Of a stretch of DNA of 64,000 nt, positions 24,311 through 38,660 are shown piece after piece. The notes under the pieces were generated by a model. It did no database searches, was not told where the DNA came from, and saw only the letters and a list, made by a program, of their open reading frames with translations. The DNA comes from Octopus sinensis (Eukaryota). Within the stretch, counting starts at the first letter, position 1; each line of letters begins with the position of its first letter. Made by a program: the position numbers and the translations under genes. Where the stretch lies: contig NC_042997.1 in assembly GCF_006345805.1 (NCBI RefSeq), positions 177,568,001 through 177,632,000 on the forward strand, written 5' to 3'.

Positions 24311-25089
24311 AAGTTTACAAGGAGAGACTCGCACACTCACACACTCACACAGGTAAAACACATTACACAAGCGCCCAAACGCACGCACACTAATAACCGA
24401 TTGGATCTTAATAATAATTTTTAAAGCGATATATCATTATAGTATTTACTTTCGGTTTCAGTAATAAAACTGAAAGTCTCACCTCTTCTTCGCTCTCTTC
24501 TTCATCATCATCCTCCTCGTTGCAGTTCATCGTTAAATCCGAATCTTAAAGCAGGAGCCAGATTGAAGTATCTCCAATAATTTCATCACTGTGTTTACCT
24601 TCAGCCTTCCATCCTTCCTTCTTCCACCCTCCACGCACATACACACACACACACACACACATACACACGCGCACACACGCACACATACACACATACACAC
24701 GCACCTTCCTTACTTTCTTTTTGTTTCTCTTTTACTTTCTCTTTCTCACTTTTCTTTTTCTCTCTTCTTTCTTCTTTTTTTTTTTTGCCTTTATTCCGCT
24801 AGCCGAGCGACATTCCGGACTCAATCATTTACCTCAACCGCTCCTTCTTTCTTTCTTTCCTTCCTTCACTTCTTCCTTTCTTTCTTTCTTTCTTTCTTTC
24901 TTTTTTTCTTATTAACAATCTGCCAACTCCTCTCTCTCCCCGCCACCTCCAGGTTGCGCATCATAACAAACACTTAACGCATTCTTTAGACGAATGACAC
25001 CAAGGGACGTTGAGTCTCTACGTGGTAGATTAGAAAACATTGGCTTTTAGCGGTTAAATATCCCTGAATTCAAACCCTCCTCTCAACAC

Positions 25090-25108
25090 ACATATATATA
25101 TGCACACA

Positions 25109-25147
<39 letters not shown>

Positions 25148-25313
25148 TATGCTTATATATATATGTGTGTGTTTGCACATATATGCATGTATATATGTAT
25201 ATATATATATATATATATAATATATATAATATATATGTATGTATATATGTATATGTATATAAAAATATATGTATATATATATATGTGTGTGTTTGCACAT
25301 ATATGCATGCATG

Positions 25314-25368
<55 letters not shown>

Positions 25369-25598
25369 ATAGATATATATAAATATATATTATAATATAT
25401 AAAATATATATGTATATAGATATAGATAAATATATATTTATATATATATAATATATATATGTAATATATATATAATATATACATGTATATATATATATAA
25501 ATATATATGTATATATATTAATATATATATATATACACACATGCATATAGACATATAATTGTATATATATAATATTTATATGTATGTATCCATGTTAC

Positions 25599-25659
<61 letters not shown>

Positions 25660-25740
25660 TATATATATATATTATATATAATTATATATAATATATATAT
25701 TATATATATATTATATAACTATATATGTATGTATGTTTAT
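25090..25740. repeat. Compound (TA)n-rich microsatellite block
   Basis: TA runs with an internal duplication of GTGTGTGTTTGCACATATATGCATG near 25165 and 25285. Confidence 0.95.
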
Positions 25741-26684
25741 ATTTGATGATGTAGTATGTTAAATGATGATGACTTCAAAATCGATAATAAATGACTAGAT
25801 AAATAAAATGACGGGATGGTCATGGCGAGATTTCTTTTGACCATATATATATATATATATATATATGCTCAATCAGGTTTGATCTGGGCTTACAAAACGA
25901 CAACCGTAACAACAACACCAACAGTAACAACCTATTCTTGGACGTCTTGTTCAAATATATTTTCATTTTTCTCTCTTTCTTATCTCCCTTCTCTTTTCAC
26001 TTTTACACATTTCTTTTTTTTTCTTTTTCTTTTAGTTTTCTCTGACGAACGCTCGTCCCGCCACTGTCGTTCACCATACATTTAAAAATTTTTAATTTTA
26101 TTTCCCTTCTATATTGTTCCTTTGCAAATTCACTCTCCCTTTTTTTGCAACCCACCACCCTCATTTTCTCCTCTCCCAACACCCTATATGTTTCTATATC
26201 ATCTCTTCTAATATTTCAATAAAACGCATTTATGAGAGCGTCGGACGAAATTCCCTGCGATAATATTTTCTTCCTTACACCTCTTTACGTCCTGCGTTCA
26301 AACCCCACTGAGACCGATTTTATCTTTCAACCTTCCGATACGATAAAGTGCCAGTCAAAATCTTTGGTGTCAGTTTAATTAATGAAACCCGTCCCCATAC
26401 AAATTTCATGCCTTGTACGTAACTTCCAAACAAATATTATTTTACATTTCGTGCTGTGTATATTGTTTAAAACCGGCTCTTCCCAACATTTTTTTCCGGT
26501 TAAGATCTTATTGTTAAATTCTTATTTTTTCTTTGCGAACATGTTTCGTTTGTTCCTTCATTTTTCATTCATTTAATAAAGAAATCCCTTCAATTTTCAT
26601 TCATTTACACACTAAATCACATAATCACCACACACTCAATTTCTTACTTTCTTCATTCGTTCAGTTTAAAATATTGATCTTCTG

Positions 26685-26729
<45 letters not shown>

Positions 26730-27416
26730 TTCTGTCTGCCTGTCCTCTCTCTCTCTCTCTATTTCTATCTTTCACTCACTCTCACTTATTCACTCACTCA
26801 CTCACTCACTCACTCATTCACTTACTCACTTACTCAATCACCTCACTCACTTTCTCTCTCTATCTCGACAAAATAAATAAATAAATAAATACATTTTTAA
26901 AAAAAGCACAATGTTCATTGCACTGGGTACTCACCAAAATTTTTTTCCTTTCCTGTAAAGGAATATTGTTAAAATTTTGCATTTGGTCCAGTACGGTAAA
27001 GCCAGCTTTAACTAAGACACCAACCATGTACTATATACAATATTCTGTTTACTATGTGTATAAATATATATCTCTATGTGTACTGTATACCGCTCCCACC
27101 TTACTCGGTGTCTTTAAAATTGCGGTCCGATACCAAGATGCGTTACTTTCTTTTGAGCTTTCGTTTCTCTTACATTTATAACATCCTTCGTGTGTATATA
27201 CATACATATATGTATGTATACACACACACACACAAATAATACACACACATATATATACATAGATACATACACACACACACACACATATATATATATATTT
27301 ATATATTTGTATATACGTATATATTATTTATTTATTTTGGTAAATTTCTTCTTTTTCCATGTTTTTGTCTTCCATTTTAAAACATACTAACTTTGATACA
27401 TATATAGAAATTCATA

Positions 27417-27457
<41 letters not shown>

Positions 27458-27613
27458 ACACTCACTCACACACACTCACACACACACTTGTATTTATCTA
27501 AATAGCTAACACACTCTCCTCCTCCCCTCTCTATGTACCTTTTTCTCTCCCTATGTATATATTATATATATATATATATACACACACACGCACACACAGA
27601 CATACACATATAC

Positions 27614-27648
<35 letters not shown>

Positions 27649-28458
27649 AGAAGAGAGATAGAGACCATCTATGTATCATGCATAACGTATACACACGCGC
27701 AAACACACACGCATCTATACACACATATTCGCGCACACACACGCGCTCACGCGCACACACGTCTGTATATCTCTCCTTTCCTTTATATATGCATATAGTT
27801 ATGTGTGTGCGCGTGTGAGTGTGTGTGAGTGTGTGTGTGTGTGTATGTGCGTGTGTGTATGTGTGTGTATGGATAGATGGATGGTTCTTCGCCGGTTTCG
27901 ACGATGGAAATTCATCTTTTTGCTTTACATGTTCATTGAATGACCATGTAAGCAGCGAAGTATTCCAAAGACACGTGTATTCTTAACGGAGTTCATAGGT
28001 AGAATCAAAATAATGCAATATGTAATAAGACTGTTATTTCAATCTTCGGGCATAAACCATGCGGGGGACTTCTGCATATTAGCTTCCATCTAATATATTT
28101 TACCTACGAATCATTAATCCACACGGGACTCTAGAAAATGACATCCATCCAAAAAGCCACTCCGGACCACATGGTTGCAAAGGGAACTTTCAACCGTATT
28201 CTTACATACATAGGGGGAGAATTCACAAAAAAAGACGAAGACAGGTGGTGTAGACAACAAACAGATGTATTAGTATAACGCTCGGGAAGTGAAAAAGTCT
28301 TTAACATTTCGAGCTTACGTCTTCCACAGAAAGGAATACAGAAAGAAACAAGGAGAGAAAATAAAGAATGTGTAGTGGCTAGCAATCTATCATGGCGAGC
28401 ATACATACATACATACATACATACATACATACATGCAACACACGCGTGCACACGCCTA

Positions 28459-28618
28459 TTGGTTTCAAATTTTGGTACAAGGCTAGGTATTTTGGCTCAA
28501 TTGGCACTTATTTTGTCGACCTCGAAAAAAATGAAAGGCAAAGCCGACCTCGGCAGAATTTGAACTCAGAATGTAAAGACGGACCCAGCGTGCTAACGAT
28601 TCTGCCAGCTCGCCGCCT
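28459..28618 (-). mobile_element. SINE group A, internally deleted
   Basis: Head GGCGGCGAGCTGGCAGAATCGTTAGCACG on the minus strand and the GCCTTTCAT core. Confidence 0.8.
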
Positions 28619-28657
28619 TATACACATACATATATATTGTACACGCATACTTTGTTT

Positions 28658-28748
<91 letters not shown>

Positions 28749-28834
28749 TGAACATACATACTTATGCGTGTGTGTGTGTGTTTATGGTTGTGTGTCTTAG
28801 AAAGATAGGAACGGATAGACAGAGAAAAATAGGG

Positions 28835-28872
<38 letters not shown>

Positions 28873-29364
28873 ATGGATAATCTAGAGCAGTGCGTGTTCG
28901 CTCTCCATCTAGCTATCGTAATCATAATCATCGTTATATTACATTTGCTCGTTTTCCATGCACACACACAACACACAACACACACATACATATACAGAGT
29001 GAAGCATCACACATGAAGCATCACCCATGTATACACACGCAACACACACACACACACACACACAAGATCACGTACGGACATGCACATCCATGCACATTCA
29101 TAAACCCATGCTATTACACGTCCCTGATTTACGATTGGATGCTCATTAACTTCAATCTGTCCCACCTTGCTTTGCAACACGTTACTTATCCAACACATTC
29201 AATCACTTTTCAAGAAAGAAGCCGCATAGCATGCATTAGTTATATACATTCGTTCGCGCAGGTATACTTACATGCAAACGCGCTTGCGGTTACACGGGTG
29301 TATGGGTGTATGTATGTATGTAATATGTATATCTCAATCTACATTTCTGCCTATCAACCCATCC

Positions 29365-29425
<61 letters not shown>

Positions 29426-29623
29426 CTATCTATCTATCTACCTACCTACCTACCTACCTACCTACCTACCTACCTACCTACCTACCTACATACCTACCTA
29501 CCTACCTACCACCTACCTACCTACCTACCTACCTATCTATCTCTATCTATCTATCTATCTATCTGTCTGTCCATCATCCATCCATGCATCTCTCTGTCCA
29601 TCTATCCATCCATCTCTCTGTCC

Positions 29624-29691
<68 letters not shown>

Positions 29692-29880
29692 GTCTGTCTG
29701 TCTGTCTGTCTATTTGTCTTTCTGTCTGTCTGTCTATCCATTCATCCATCCATTCATTCATCCATCCATCCATCCATCCATCCATCTCTCTCTCTCTCTC
29801 TATCTATCTATCTGTCTGACTGTCTGTCTGTCTGACTGTCTGTCTGTGTGTCTGTCTGTGTGTCTGTCTGTTTGTCTATC
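29365..29880. repeat. Compound tetranucleotide array (CTAT/CTAC/CATC/CTGT)
   Basis: Direct reading; explains the spurious 309-aa ORF at 28890-29819. Confidence 0.95.
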
Positions 29881-30745
29881 TGTAGATACATATAAGTTTA
29901 AGAAATGTCTCATAAAGTGCACCTTCTAATGCTTTCCTAACTTCCACATCCATAATCATGGATGCAAACATATACGCTTCCATCATATACTCTCTTCATA
30001 CACACTGACATACACAGTCACATATACACACATACAAACACACACACACACACAAACTCACACATACGCTCACGGAGAAATAATAACCATATGTATATAT
30101 GAATACGTATGAGTTAAATATTTGAGTAATATGTGTGAATATGTATGTGTATGCAGGTATACTCAACACACGCACGTATGCATACACACACATACACACA
30201 TGTACACACACATACACACGCACTCACACACACACACACTCTCTCACACACACACAAGCGCAAACACAATTGTATATTCTCTGTCGATCTATAAACCTGT
30301 TTGTTCACTCATTGAGCATAGTCAGTCGATAACAGCAATAATATCAAAACAACAACAACAACAGCAACAACCACCACACTAAAATTAAGAACAACACTAG
30401 CAAGAAGACAACAGCAGCAGCAGCAGCAACAACAACAAAAACAACAGTAATAACGTGTGTCTAAACAAAGACCAATCGATGGACGTGTAATAAAAGTAAT
30501 CTCGTCGCTCTGTTTTACACGTTTCTCTAAAGCGATAGAGTCAAAGTCTTGCCGATTTTTGCTTGTTTGACTAAACTATTAATTTAGACATATGAAATTC
30601 TGTTGGAGTATGGATTTACAATAATGCAGGTTGTTAGGTGTTACTTAATTTGCCGGACAAATTAAAGTGGGATACAGTAATGAATATATGCTGGACGACA
30701 AATCCGACATATATTAATTATATGCCACATTACACACACACACAT

Positions 30746-30778
<33 letters not shown>

Positions 30779-31026
30779 CACATGCACAGTTATATATAAT
30801 ATACACATACATAAGTATACATAGAGCAATGTGACTATACGTGTGCCGATGGCAATTTCTTCGTCTTTGGACGTTTTCCTTTCTCCTTTCCGACGAAGAG
30901 CTATGCTCGAAACCTCAAACTCTCTCCTCTCAAACCGAGAGTCAAAAATAATATATTTCTTGTGCACGTCCTCACGTTCGTTTCTTTCGCTTTTTTTATT
31001 TGAGTTGTTTATTTATTTGAATTGAC

Positions 31027-31093
<67 letters not shown>

Positions 31094-31192
31094 ATGCATG
31101 TATGTATGTATGCTTCTATGTGTATGCATGTGTGTATATATTATATATATATATTATATATATATATATGCATGTATGTATGTGTATATATA

Positions 31193-31244
<52 letters not shown>

Positions 31245-31550
31245 TTATACATACATATACACATCCATATGAACAAGAATTAAGCCACTTTGCTTTTATC
31301 CTTTTGGAGGTCGATAAAAGAAGTAGCAGTTGAGAAATTTGGTTGATGTAACCGACTAGCCTCTCCCCCAAAATTTCGTGCCTTGTGCGCATAAGATCAC
31401 CATCACCATCATCACCATCATTCTCATCATCATCATCATTATTATTTTGCTGGGTATGGTGGAACGTGTCAGCTGCCCACAGCCAGCAGACTAATTTTTA
31501 TCATCATCATCATCATCCTCATCGTCATCATCATCATCATCGACATCATC

Positions 31551-31973
31551 AAGGCGGTGAGCTGGCAGAATTTTTAGTACGCCGGACGAAACACTGAGCG
31601 GCATTTAGTCCATCTTCACCTCCTGGGTTCAAATTCCGCCGAGGTTGACTTTGCCCTTCATCCTTCGGGGGTCGATGAAATAAATACCAGTTGAGTACTG
31701 GTGTCGATGTAACTGACTAGTCCCCTTCCCCTAAGAATTTCAGGTCGTGTGCCTATAGTAGAAAGGATTATTATTATTAAACGTTTGCACGCCGGGCGAA
31801 ATCCTTAGCAGTATGTCGTCTGTCTTTACGTTCTGAGTTCGAACTCCGCCGAGGTCGACTTTGCCTTTCAACCTTTCGGGTCGATAAATTAAGTACCAGT
31901 TGTACACTAGGGTCGATCTAATCGACTGGCCCCCTCCCCCCAAATTTCGGGCCTTGTGCCTAGAGTAGAAAAG

Positions 31974-32015
<42 letters not shown>
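31551..32015 (+). mobile_element. Two head-to-tail SINE A copies with (ATT)n tails
   Basis: Head AAGGCGGTGAGCTGGCAGAA at 31551; the second copy starts near 31782; both end in GATTATTATT. Confidence 0.9.
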
Positions 32016-32018
<3 letters not shown>

Positions 32019-32224
32019 TGTCGTCGTCGTCGTCATCGTCATCGTCATCGTTATCATCATCATCATCATCATCATCATCATTGCTATTCTGAAAGACTCT
32101 CGGATAGTTTTTAATTACCGGTTATTCCTTACTTGAAAGTAGGCAATAACAAATTACCAAAGGTTTCAATTCAAATAAATAAATTTCTCATGCAGCTTTT
32201 TATGTGTCACTGCGAGGTATTTTA

Positions 32225-33250
32225 ACCTAAAGTTGGGGATCTTGTCATGTCCGGGTGCCTTCCAGCTGCTTAGTTTTTGTAGTGCCTGGTTGACCCCTTC
32301 AGTTGTTATAGGGGTCCGAAGTTGTTCATGTGCTGCGTTTGTTTTTTCTTCTGAGGTTGTCTTTCGCCGACCATATTTCGTTCCAAAATTCTTCCACAGC
32401 CAGGTTCATGCTATTTATTATTGATGTTGTTTTATTATCAACTAGCAGTATCTCCCAGCGTTGCTCGGGTTTGTAAGGGAAATAACTATATAAGCATTTT
32501 TAGAGATGTAAAGTATAATAGCCATCTCAATATGGCTAACCACAAAGGGGGGGGGTGTTACTGTAGCTTTTTATGTTCTGAGATTTAATAATAAATTTTT
32601 AGAGAGTTACTTCCCATATATTTGCCAAAAATGCATTAAAATGGGAAAAATTGATGGTATTTTTTTTTTAAATCGTTGACTCATCGTACCCAGAACGGCT
32701 CGATATGAATCACGACTATAAGATACCCGGTTTTGGTTAAACTGCACCGCAAAATGTGGGAGTAGTTAGGAATCTAAATCGTAGGAGACAGACACACAAC
32801 TTCACTTTTATATATAAAGATTTTAATTTTTGAGAAGTACAGTCGGTGGTCCATACTGAGATCTGTGGCTTTCGATTCTTTGATTATGCTCATTTTTAGA
32901 GTATAATAATCATTACTTTCATCTTCACTGTTTCTAGGTTTCCCTCCTGTTCATATTCCCCACCGTTCATATTTTTGTCTGTGGTGTGCTGGTTTGGTGC
33001 ATTTTTCTCATCATTATACACTCCTACGGTCTGGGTTTGTTGTCTTTTGTTGTTTACTTCGTATTTGTTGGACATGTCACGTATATCATCGTGTTTTACA
33101 GTCTCAGTGCTTATGATATTACTTACTCGGATATAGTCCAACACTTTGTCAGTTATTTTAGGGTCCATTTTTTGACTTTATTCCCGATGTTTTTGGATAG
33201 ATTTCAGAGCAGTGTTTTACCGCTCACACATGATAAACATCCCCAGTGTT
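32225..33250 (-). mobile_element. R4/Dong-type LINE relic interrupted by a Helitron
   Basis: 32230-32440 gives AVEEFWNEIWS...PITTEGVNQALQKLSSWKAPGHDKI, the pre-RT region of REL-type LINEs. 32820-33250 gives the weaker N-terminal-like PKITDKVLDYIRVSNI. Confidence 0.7.
32442..32820 (-). mobile_element. Non-autonomous Helitron
   Basis: Minus strand A|TCTTTATATATAAAAG ... CCCGAGCAACGCTGGGAGATACTGCTAG|T: AT target, TC start, subterminal hairpin, CTAG end, no TSD. Confidence 0.85.
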
Positions 33251-33254
33251 CCCT

Positions 33255-33276
33255 ATGATTATTATTATTATTATTA

Positions 33277-33316
<40 letters not shown>

Positions 33317-33620
33317 GTTATTAATATTATTATTATTATTATTATTATTATTTATTATTATTGTTATTAATATTATTATATTATTATTATTATTGTTATT
33401 ATTATTATTATTTATTATTATTATTTATTATTATTGTTATTATTATTATTATTATTGTTATTAATATTATTAATATTATTATTATTATTGTTATTAATAT
33501 TATTAATATTATTATTATTATTATTATTATTATTGTTATTAATATTATTAATATTATTATTATTGTTGTTGTTGTTGCTGTTTTTGTTGTTGTTATTATT
33601 GCTGTTGTTGTTGTTGTTAT
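33255..33620. repeat. (TTA)n/(TTG)n compound array
   Basis: Direct reading. Confidence 0.95.
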
Positions 33621-33621
33621 A

Positions 33622-33790
33622 GACACAGGCGTGGGTGTGTGGTAAGAAGTTTGTTTCTCTACCACGCGCAGCGGGCTCAGTCCCACAGCGTGGCACTTTG
33701 GGCAAATATCTTCTACAATAACCCCAGGGCCGACTAAAGCCTTGTGAGTGGATTTGGTAGATGGAAGCTAAAAGAAGCCCGCCGTATGCT
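33622..33790 (+). mobile_element. SINE group C 5' half
   Basis: GTGTGGTAAGAAG...CAGTCCCACAGCGTGGCACTTTGGGCAA...AAGCCTTGTGAGTGGATTTGGTAGATGGAA. Confidence 0.8.
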
Positions 33791-33799
33791 ATGTGTACA

Positions 33800-35535
33800 G
33801 GAAGTCTGATATAAAAACCTCACGAAGCAACTTACAAACTGACGACTACAGTGGGCTCCATCTATAGGTTTCTTTGAGCCACGACGAACAACATATCTAG
33901 AAATGTTGTCTCAATAAGAATACCGGTCTTTGTGGGACCTCACGCGCACACCCATAATCTCCGGGTCAACAAGTACCAAGTCACCAGGGGAAGAGCCAGT
34001 GAGAAGACGAAAAGTTTACTACTAGTTCAAGCCCTTTCCAACAACACGAGGCTGAAAGTCTTTCCCAACGGTACAAATCCGTTTGAGAGCCCTCAATCTG
34101 TAACACCAGCAGGTACCATTCGAATCAAGACACATCTACTCTCTAAAGAAGATAATAAACAGGTTATTGAGGCCTATTTTATTTCCACGTATTATACATC
34201 AGCAATTTCAAACACTGAGAGCAAGTATACCGAATTTGGAGAGAAAAGAATCTCAACATTATTAGAAGAAATATTATAAAACGGGAACTGCCGACCGATA
34301 TTGAAATTGATCAAATAAAAGAAAATGTAGAATCAGATTTGAGAAACCACCCAGTAAATATAACTCACAAATCAACAGACAAAACCATGATGTCAGAATC
34401 AAAGGAGGAAGTAAATAACGTGACATACGCAATAAGGAATAACTTAAATACACGCCCTGAGAGCAAACCTTTGTGGAGGAACATGCTAATAAAATTACCA
34501 AGAGTTTATCTGAAATGAATAATGTTGATACCAGAACATGTGAGCTGACAGCAATTTGAAAACAAATAATCGCTGAATGAATCAAAGTCCATGAAGGAAC
34601 ACAATGACCTTCATATGATTTGCAATAGTAAAGATATGGCAAACAATTTGTCAGGTGAATATGGTCCCCGAGATCATTATAAACCAGAATGAACTGGACA
34701 TCACATATTTTGAACACTACTACTGTATGCACAAAAATATCTGGATTAAAACTGAAAAATAAAATAGCCAAAAAAGAAAGTCAAGAAGCAAATCGAATCT
34801 CTGCGATCTGGCATAGAAATACTCAGAAATTAAAGTCATTTAAGTACAGAAAGATGATGGGAAAACATTAATTAAGATCTGAACACCAATTTGCTGAAGA
34901 AATGGGAAAATAATGTGTGAGGGCGAAACTGCGCGTATACTCCGCATCGGAAAACTATCCAGGTTCTTCAAAGACAATAACGTGTTCAAAAGTAACTGTT
35001 ACAACATAACTATGAAGTAAAAGTAAATTACTCCGGAATGGCTGGCCAGTGGTATCACGTATTCCTCTAACCCACCAAATATGAAACAAATATCCCTAAG
35101 AACTACGGACCCATAACATGCCATGCAACAATGTACAAAATTCTTACGTCAGTTCTAATGCAGCGCATTTATGCTTTCCTCATTAAAAGTATTTACCCTG
35201 TTGGACAATAAGTGTGTAAACGTGGTTCATATCGATGCAGGGATCAACTGTTAAATAGCAAAATGATTCTTGATGATTGTCACAGCAGAAGAAAAACATG
35301 TTTCAGTGGCCCAGATAGAATATGTAAACGCCTTTGAATATCTTGGCCACAGATAGAAAGAGGAATGTATGGAAACATTTAAAATTTTACGTATAATCAT
35401 AAGTACCCCAACAGTCAAAATTTCACCTGTAATCAAGAATGAAAAACGACATTCATTTTCAGTGAGGACACTGCAACTACAAATTCTGGAGAAGTCAATA
35501 TTAATTGTGGCCTCTATCAAGGAATCTTCTAAGAG
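33800..35535 (+). mobile_element. Degenerate R4/Dong-type LINE: N-terminus plus first half of the reverse transcriptase
   Basis: SKEDNKQVIEAYF; VKKQIESLRSGIEIL; TPEWLASGITY; ETNIPKNYGPITCHATMYKILTSVLMQRIYAFL; VSVAQIEYVNAFEYLGH; VNINCGLYQG. These follow R4 RT motifs (KNYRPITCLPTMYK, AWIDY.KAFDSVPH, GIFQGD) with many stops and frameshifts. Confidence 0.8.
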
Positions 35536-37009
35536 AAAAAAAAATACCCAGAGAAATACATACAAACAACATTTTCTAAATCTCTACAGAAACACACATT
35601 AAAAAAAATGACAACAGCAGCTGTGGCAGCTATAATCCCTACCCAAGAAACTACCATTATAATCTCTCTTCTTAATATCACAGGTCTATGCAGAATACAT
35701 GAAAATAACAACAGTTCATACACAAAACAAAGCCTTTTAAATGTATATCTCTGACACAAATAACTTAACTATAATAAAGCATTAATAGTGTAAAAATAAT
35801 AAACTTTAAAAAGTCGCCATTTCACAACACGTACCAACAATTCAAGAAATGGCTTCAATATCTCATCAGAGAACACTGCTTTTCCCCAATTGAGCTCATA
35901 TCAGATTATACAGACCATATCACAATGCAGGAAGTATCATAGCAAACGTAAAAATTTTACTTCTGTATATATATATATCACGGATTGCATACATAAAATA
36001 ATAGCAGGTGACACCATATAAGAAATGCAAGATTTCAAAAACATATTCTTTTGTCAGGTTGTCAGTTTATTCATGTTATATTTTTAAGTGTGTATGTACC
36101 TGCGTGGTCCTAAGACCGTTAGAAAAGGAGATTGTAACACTAGTTCATATTTATATCATTACTGCAGTTGTTGATGAGGCAATTTTTTTCAAAATAGAAA
36201 CCAGCAGCATGAACCACGTAAGTATATTACATTCCACAATCAACCATCAAATACTTACACACGCCAGCTACAACATTTTGCTCTCCTCCCAAGTACCGTC
36301 ACAGAGGGAGACTTCAATGAATTTTTGGTTTCCAAAAATACTGATAACACTCAATAGAATCACATAACCCCCTCCTTCTTCACCTTCTTACATTCTAAAT
36401 AATCACTCCAACTCACACATGCCTCATCAAACTAACCGCAACAGCTTTGCTTTTCCCCAGACAAAACACTCTGCAACACACATTTAGTTAGTTTCAACGA
36501 CTGCTTGGAAAACAGTCATCTCCGCTATAGCTCTCCTCAGACCACCTACCAATTATCATCGCAGTACACACAACATTGAAGAATGAAGAAACACTTTTAT
36601 CAAATAAACCCATCGGGTATTTTTAATTTATAAAAGAAACAGCATCAAGGTTTGCAGAATTCACATCACAATCACCAACATGAACACTGCATACATTCAA
36701 CAAACGTAATTATAGACGCATCCGAAAAAAAGAAAAAAAATTCAACTAGGCAACATATAAAAAAAAACCCAAATTATATATGAGAAATGGTCAATCTCAT
36801 AAAAACCAGAGACTACCACAAATACAATACACCAGCACGAACACGGTACACAGCTGAAATAAGCTCAACATCAGACAGTTAAACTAGGGAATAAATAATT
36901 GAAAGCGAAAAAGAAAAACACGACAGTAAAACAGAAAACTATCAAAGATTTCTATCCGACATAAACCACGTAGCAAACTGTAAACCACTATATGATGATG
37001 ATGATGATT

Positions 37010-37485
37010 CTTTCTAATTTTGACACAAGGTCAGCAATTTTGGGGGAGTGGTAAGTCGGTTACATGGACCCCAGTGTTGAACTGGTTCCAATTTTATCAA
37101 CCCTGAAAAGATAAATGACAAAGTCGACCTCAGTAGAATTTGATCTCAGAACATACAGACGGACGAAATATACCGCTAAGCATTTTGTCCGACGTGCTAA
37201 CAATTTTACCGGCTCACCTTAATAATAATAATAATAATGATAATAACAATAACAAACCTTTCTTCTAAAAGCACAAGGGCTGTTTTTTTTTGTGGGCGGG
37301 GGGGGGAACTAGTTGATTAAATCAACCCCAGAACGCAACTAGTACTTAATTTAGCGACCCCGAAAGGATGAAAGGCAAAGTCGACCTCAGCGGAATTTGA
37401 ACTCAGAACGTAGCGGCAGACGAAATATCAGACGAAATACCGCTAAGTATTTCATCCCGTTTGCTAACGATTCTACCAGCGGGCC

Positions 37486-37555
<70 letters not shown>

Positions 37556-37748
37556 TCCTTTCTATTATAGGCACAAATCCGGAAATTTAGTGGAAGGAGG
37601 CCAGTCGATTAGATCGATTCCAGTACACAACTGGTACTTAATTTATCGACCCCGAAAAAATGAAAGGCAAAGACGACCTCGGTGGAATTTGAACTCAGAA
37701 CGTATCGATGGGCAACATACCGCTAAATTCTGCCGGTGTACTTTAATG

Positions 37749-37799
<51 letters not shown>

Positions 37800-38003
37800 G
37801 CTTCAAATTTTAGCACAAGGCCAGCAATTTCAGGGACCGGCGTAAGTCGATTACCCTGATCCCCGTGTTTAACTGGTACTTATATCATCGATCCTGTAAG
37901 GATGAAAAGCAAAGTCAATTCCAGCTGCATTTGAACGTGAAGACGGACGAAAGGCTGCTAAGCATTTCGCCCGGCGTGCTAACGACTCTACCAGCTCGTC
38001 ACC
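37010..38003 (-). mobile_element. Four consecutive SINE A copies separated by (AAT)n
   Basis: Units at about 37010-37220, 37258-37487, 37555-37743 and 37798-38003, each with AAAG.CGACCTC.G..GAATTTGAACTCAGAAC. Confidence 0.9.
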
Positions 38004-38235
38004 CGTTTTATCGCCAACTACTTGATCGCCAATATATAAGCTAAAACAAGTAGCGAAAGCATGGTACATTCTACTGCGACCTATTCGATTGGAAGTGACG
38101 GCTATGGTTCTTTTAAATTCTTGGCATTACCAACTTTTGTTTTCTTCCTTACCAATTCACAACGCGGATATACCCCCACTACTCCTATAGGTCATACAAC
38201 ACCCCAACTCGACATGGAAAATGCATTAAAAAAAA

Positions 38236-38660
38236 GAGGCTTCTTATTTCTTATTTCTTTATTGCCCACAAGGGGCTAAACTTAGAGGGCACAAACAAGC
38301 ACAGACAAAGGGATTAAGTCAATTATATCGACCCCAGTGTGTAACTGGTACTTAATTTATCGACCCCGAAAGGATGAAAGGCAAAGTCGACCTCGGCGGA
38401 ATTTGAACTCAGAACGTAACAGCAGACGAAATACCTATTTCTTTACTACCCACAAGGGTCTAAACACAGAGAGGACAAACAAGGACAGACAAACGGATTA
38501 AGTCGATTATATCGACCCAGTGCGTAACTGGTATTTATTTAATCGACCCCGAAAGGATGAAAGGCAAAATCGATTTCGGCGGAATTTGAACTCAGCACGT
38601 AACCTCAGACGAACTATCGCTAAGCATTTCGCCCGGTGTGCTAACGTTTCTGCCAGCTCG
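38236..38660 (-). mobile_element. SINE A head plus two tandem 184-bp-type units
   Basis: One head near 38660, two cores, each followed by the TTAATCC...CCCCTTGTGGG...AAAGAAATA module; AAGAAAT-repeat tail. Confidence 0.9.

Noticed and set aside
28890-29819. Longest ORF (309 aa)
   Set aside because: It is mostly tetranucleotide repeats read through (IYLS/TYLP); no protein-like complexity.
36491-36525. GATGACTG...CAGTCG..GAAAC hammerhead-like stem on the minus strand
   Set aside because: Core is badly altered and there is no stem I or III; too weak to call.
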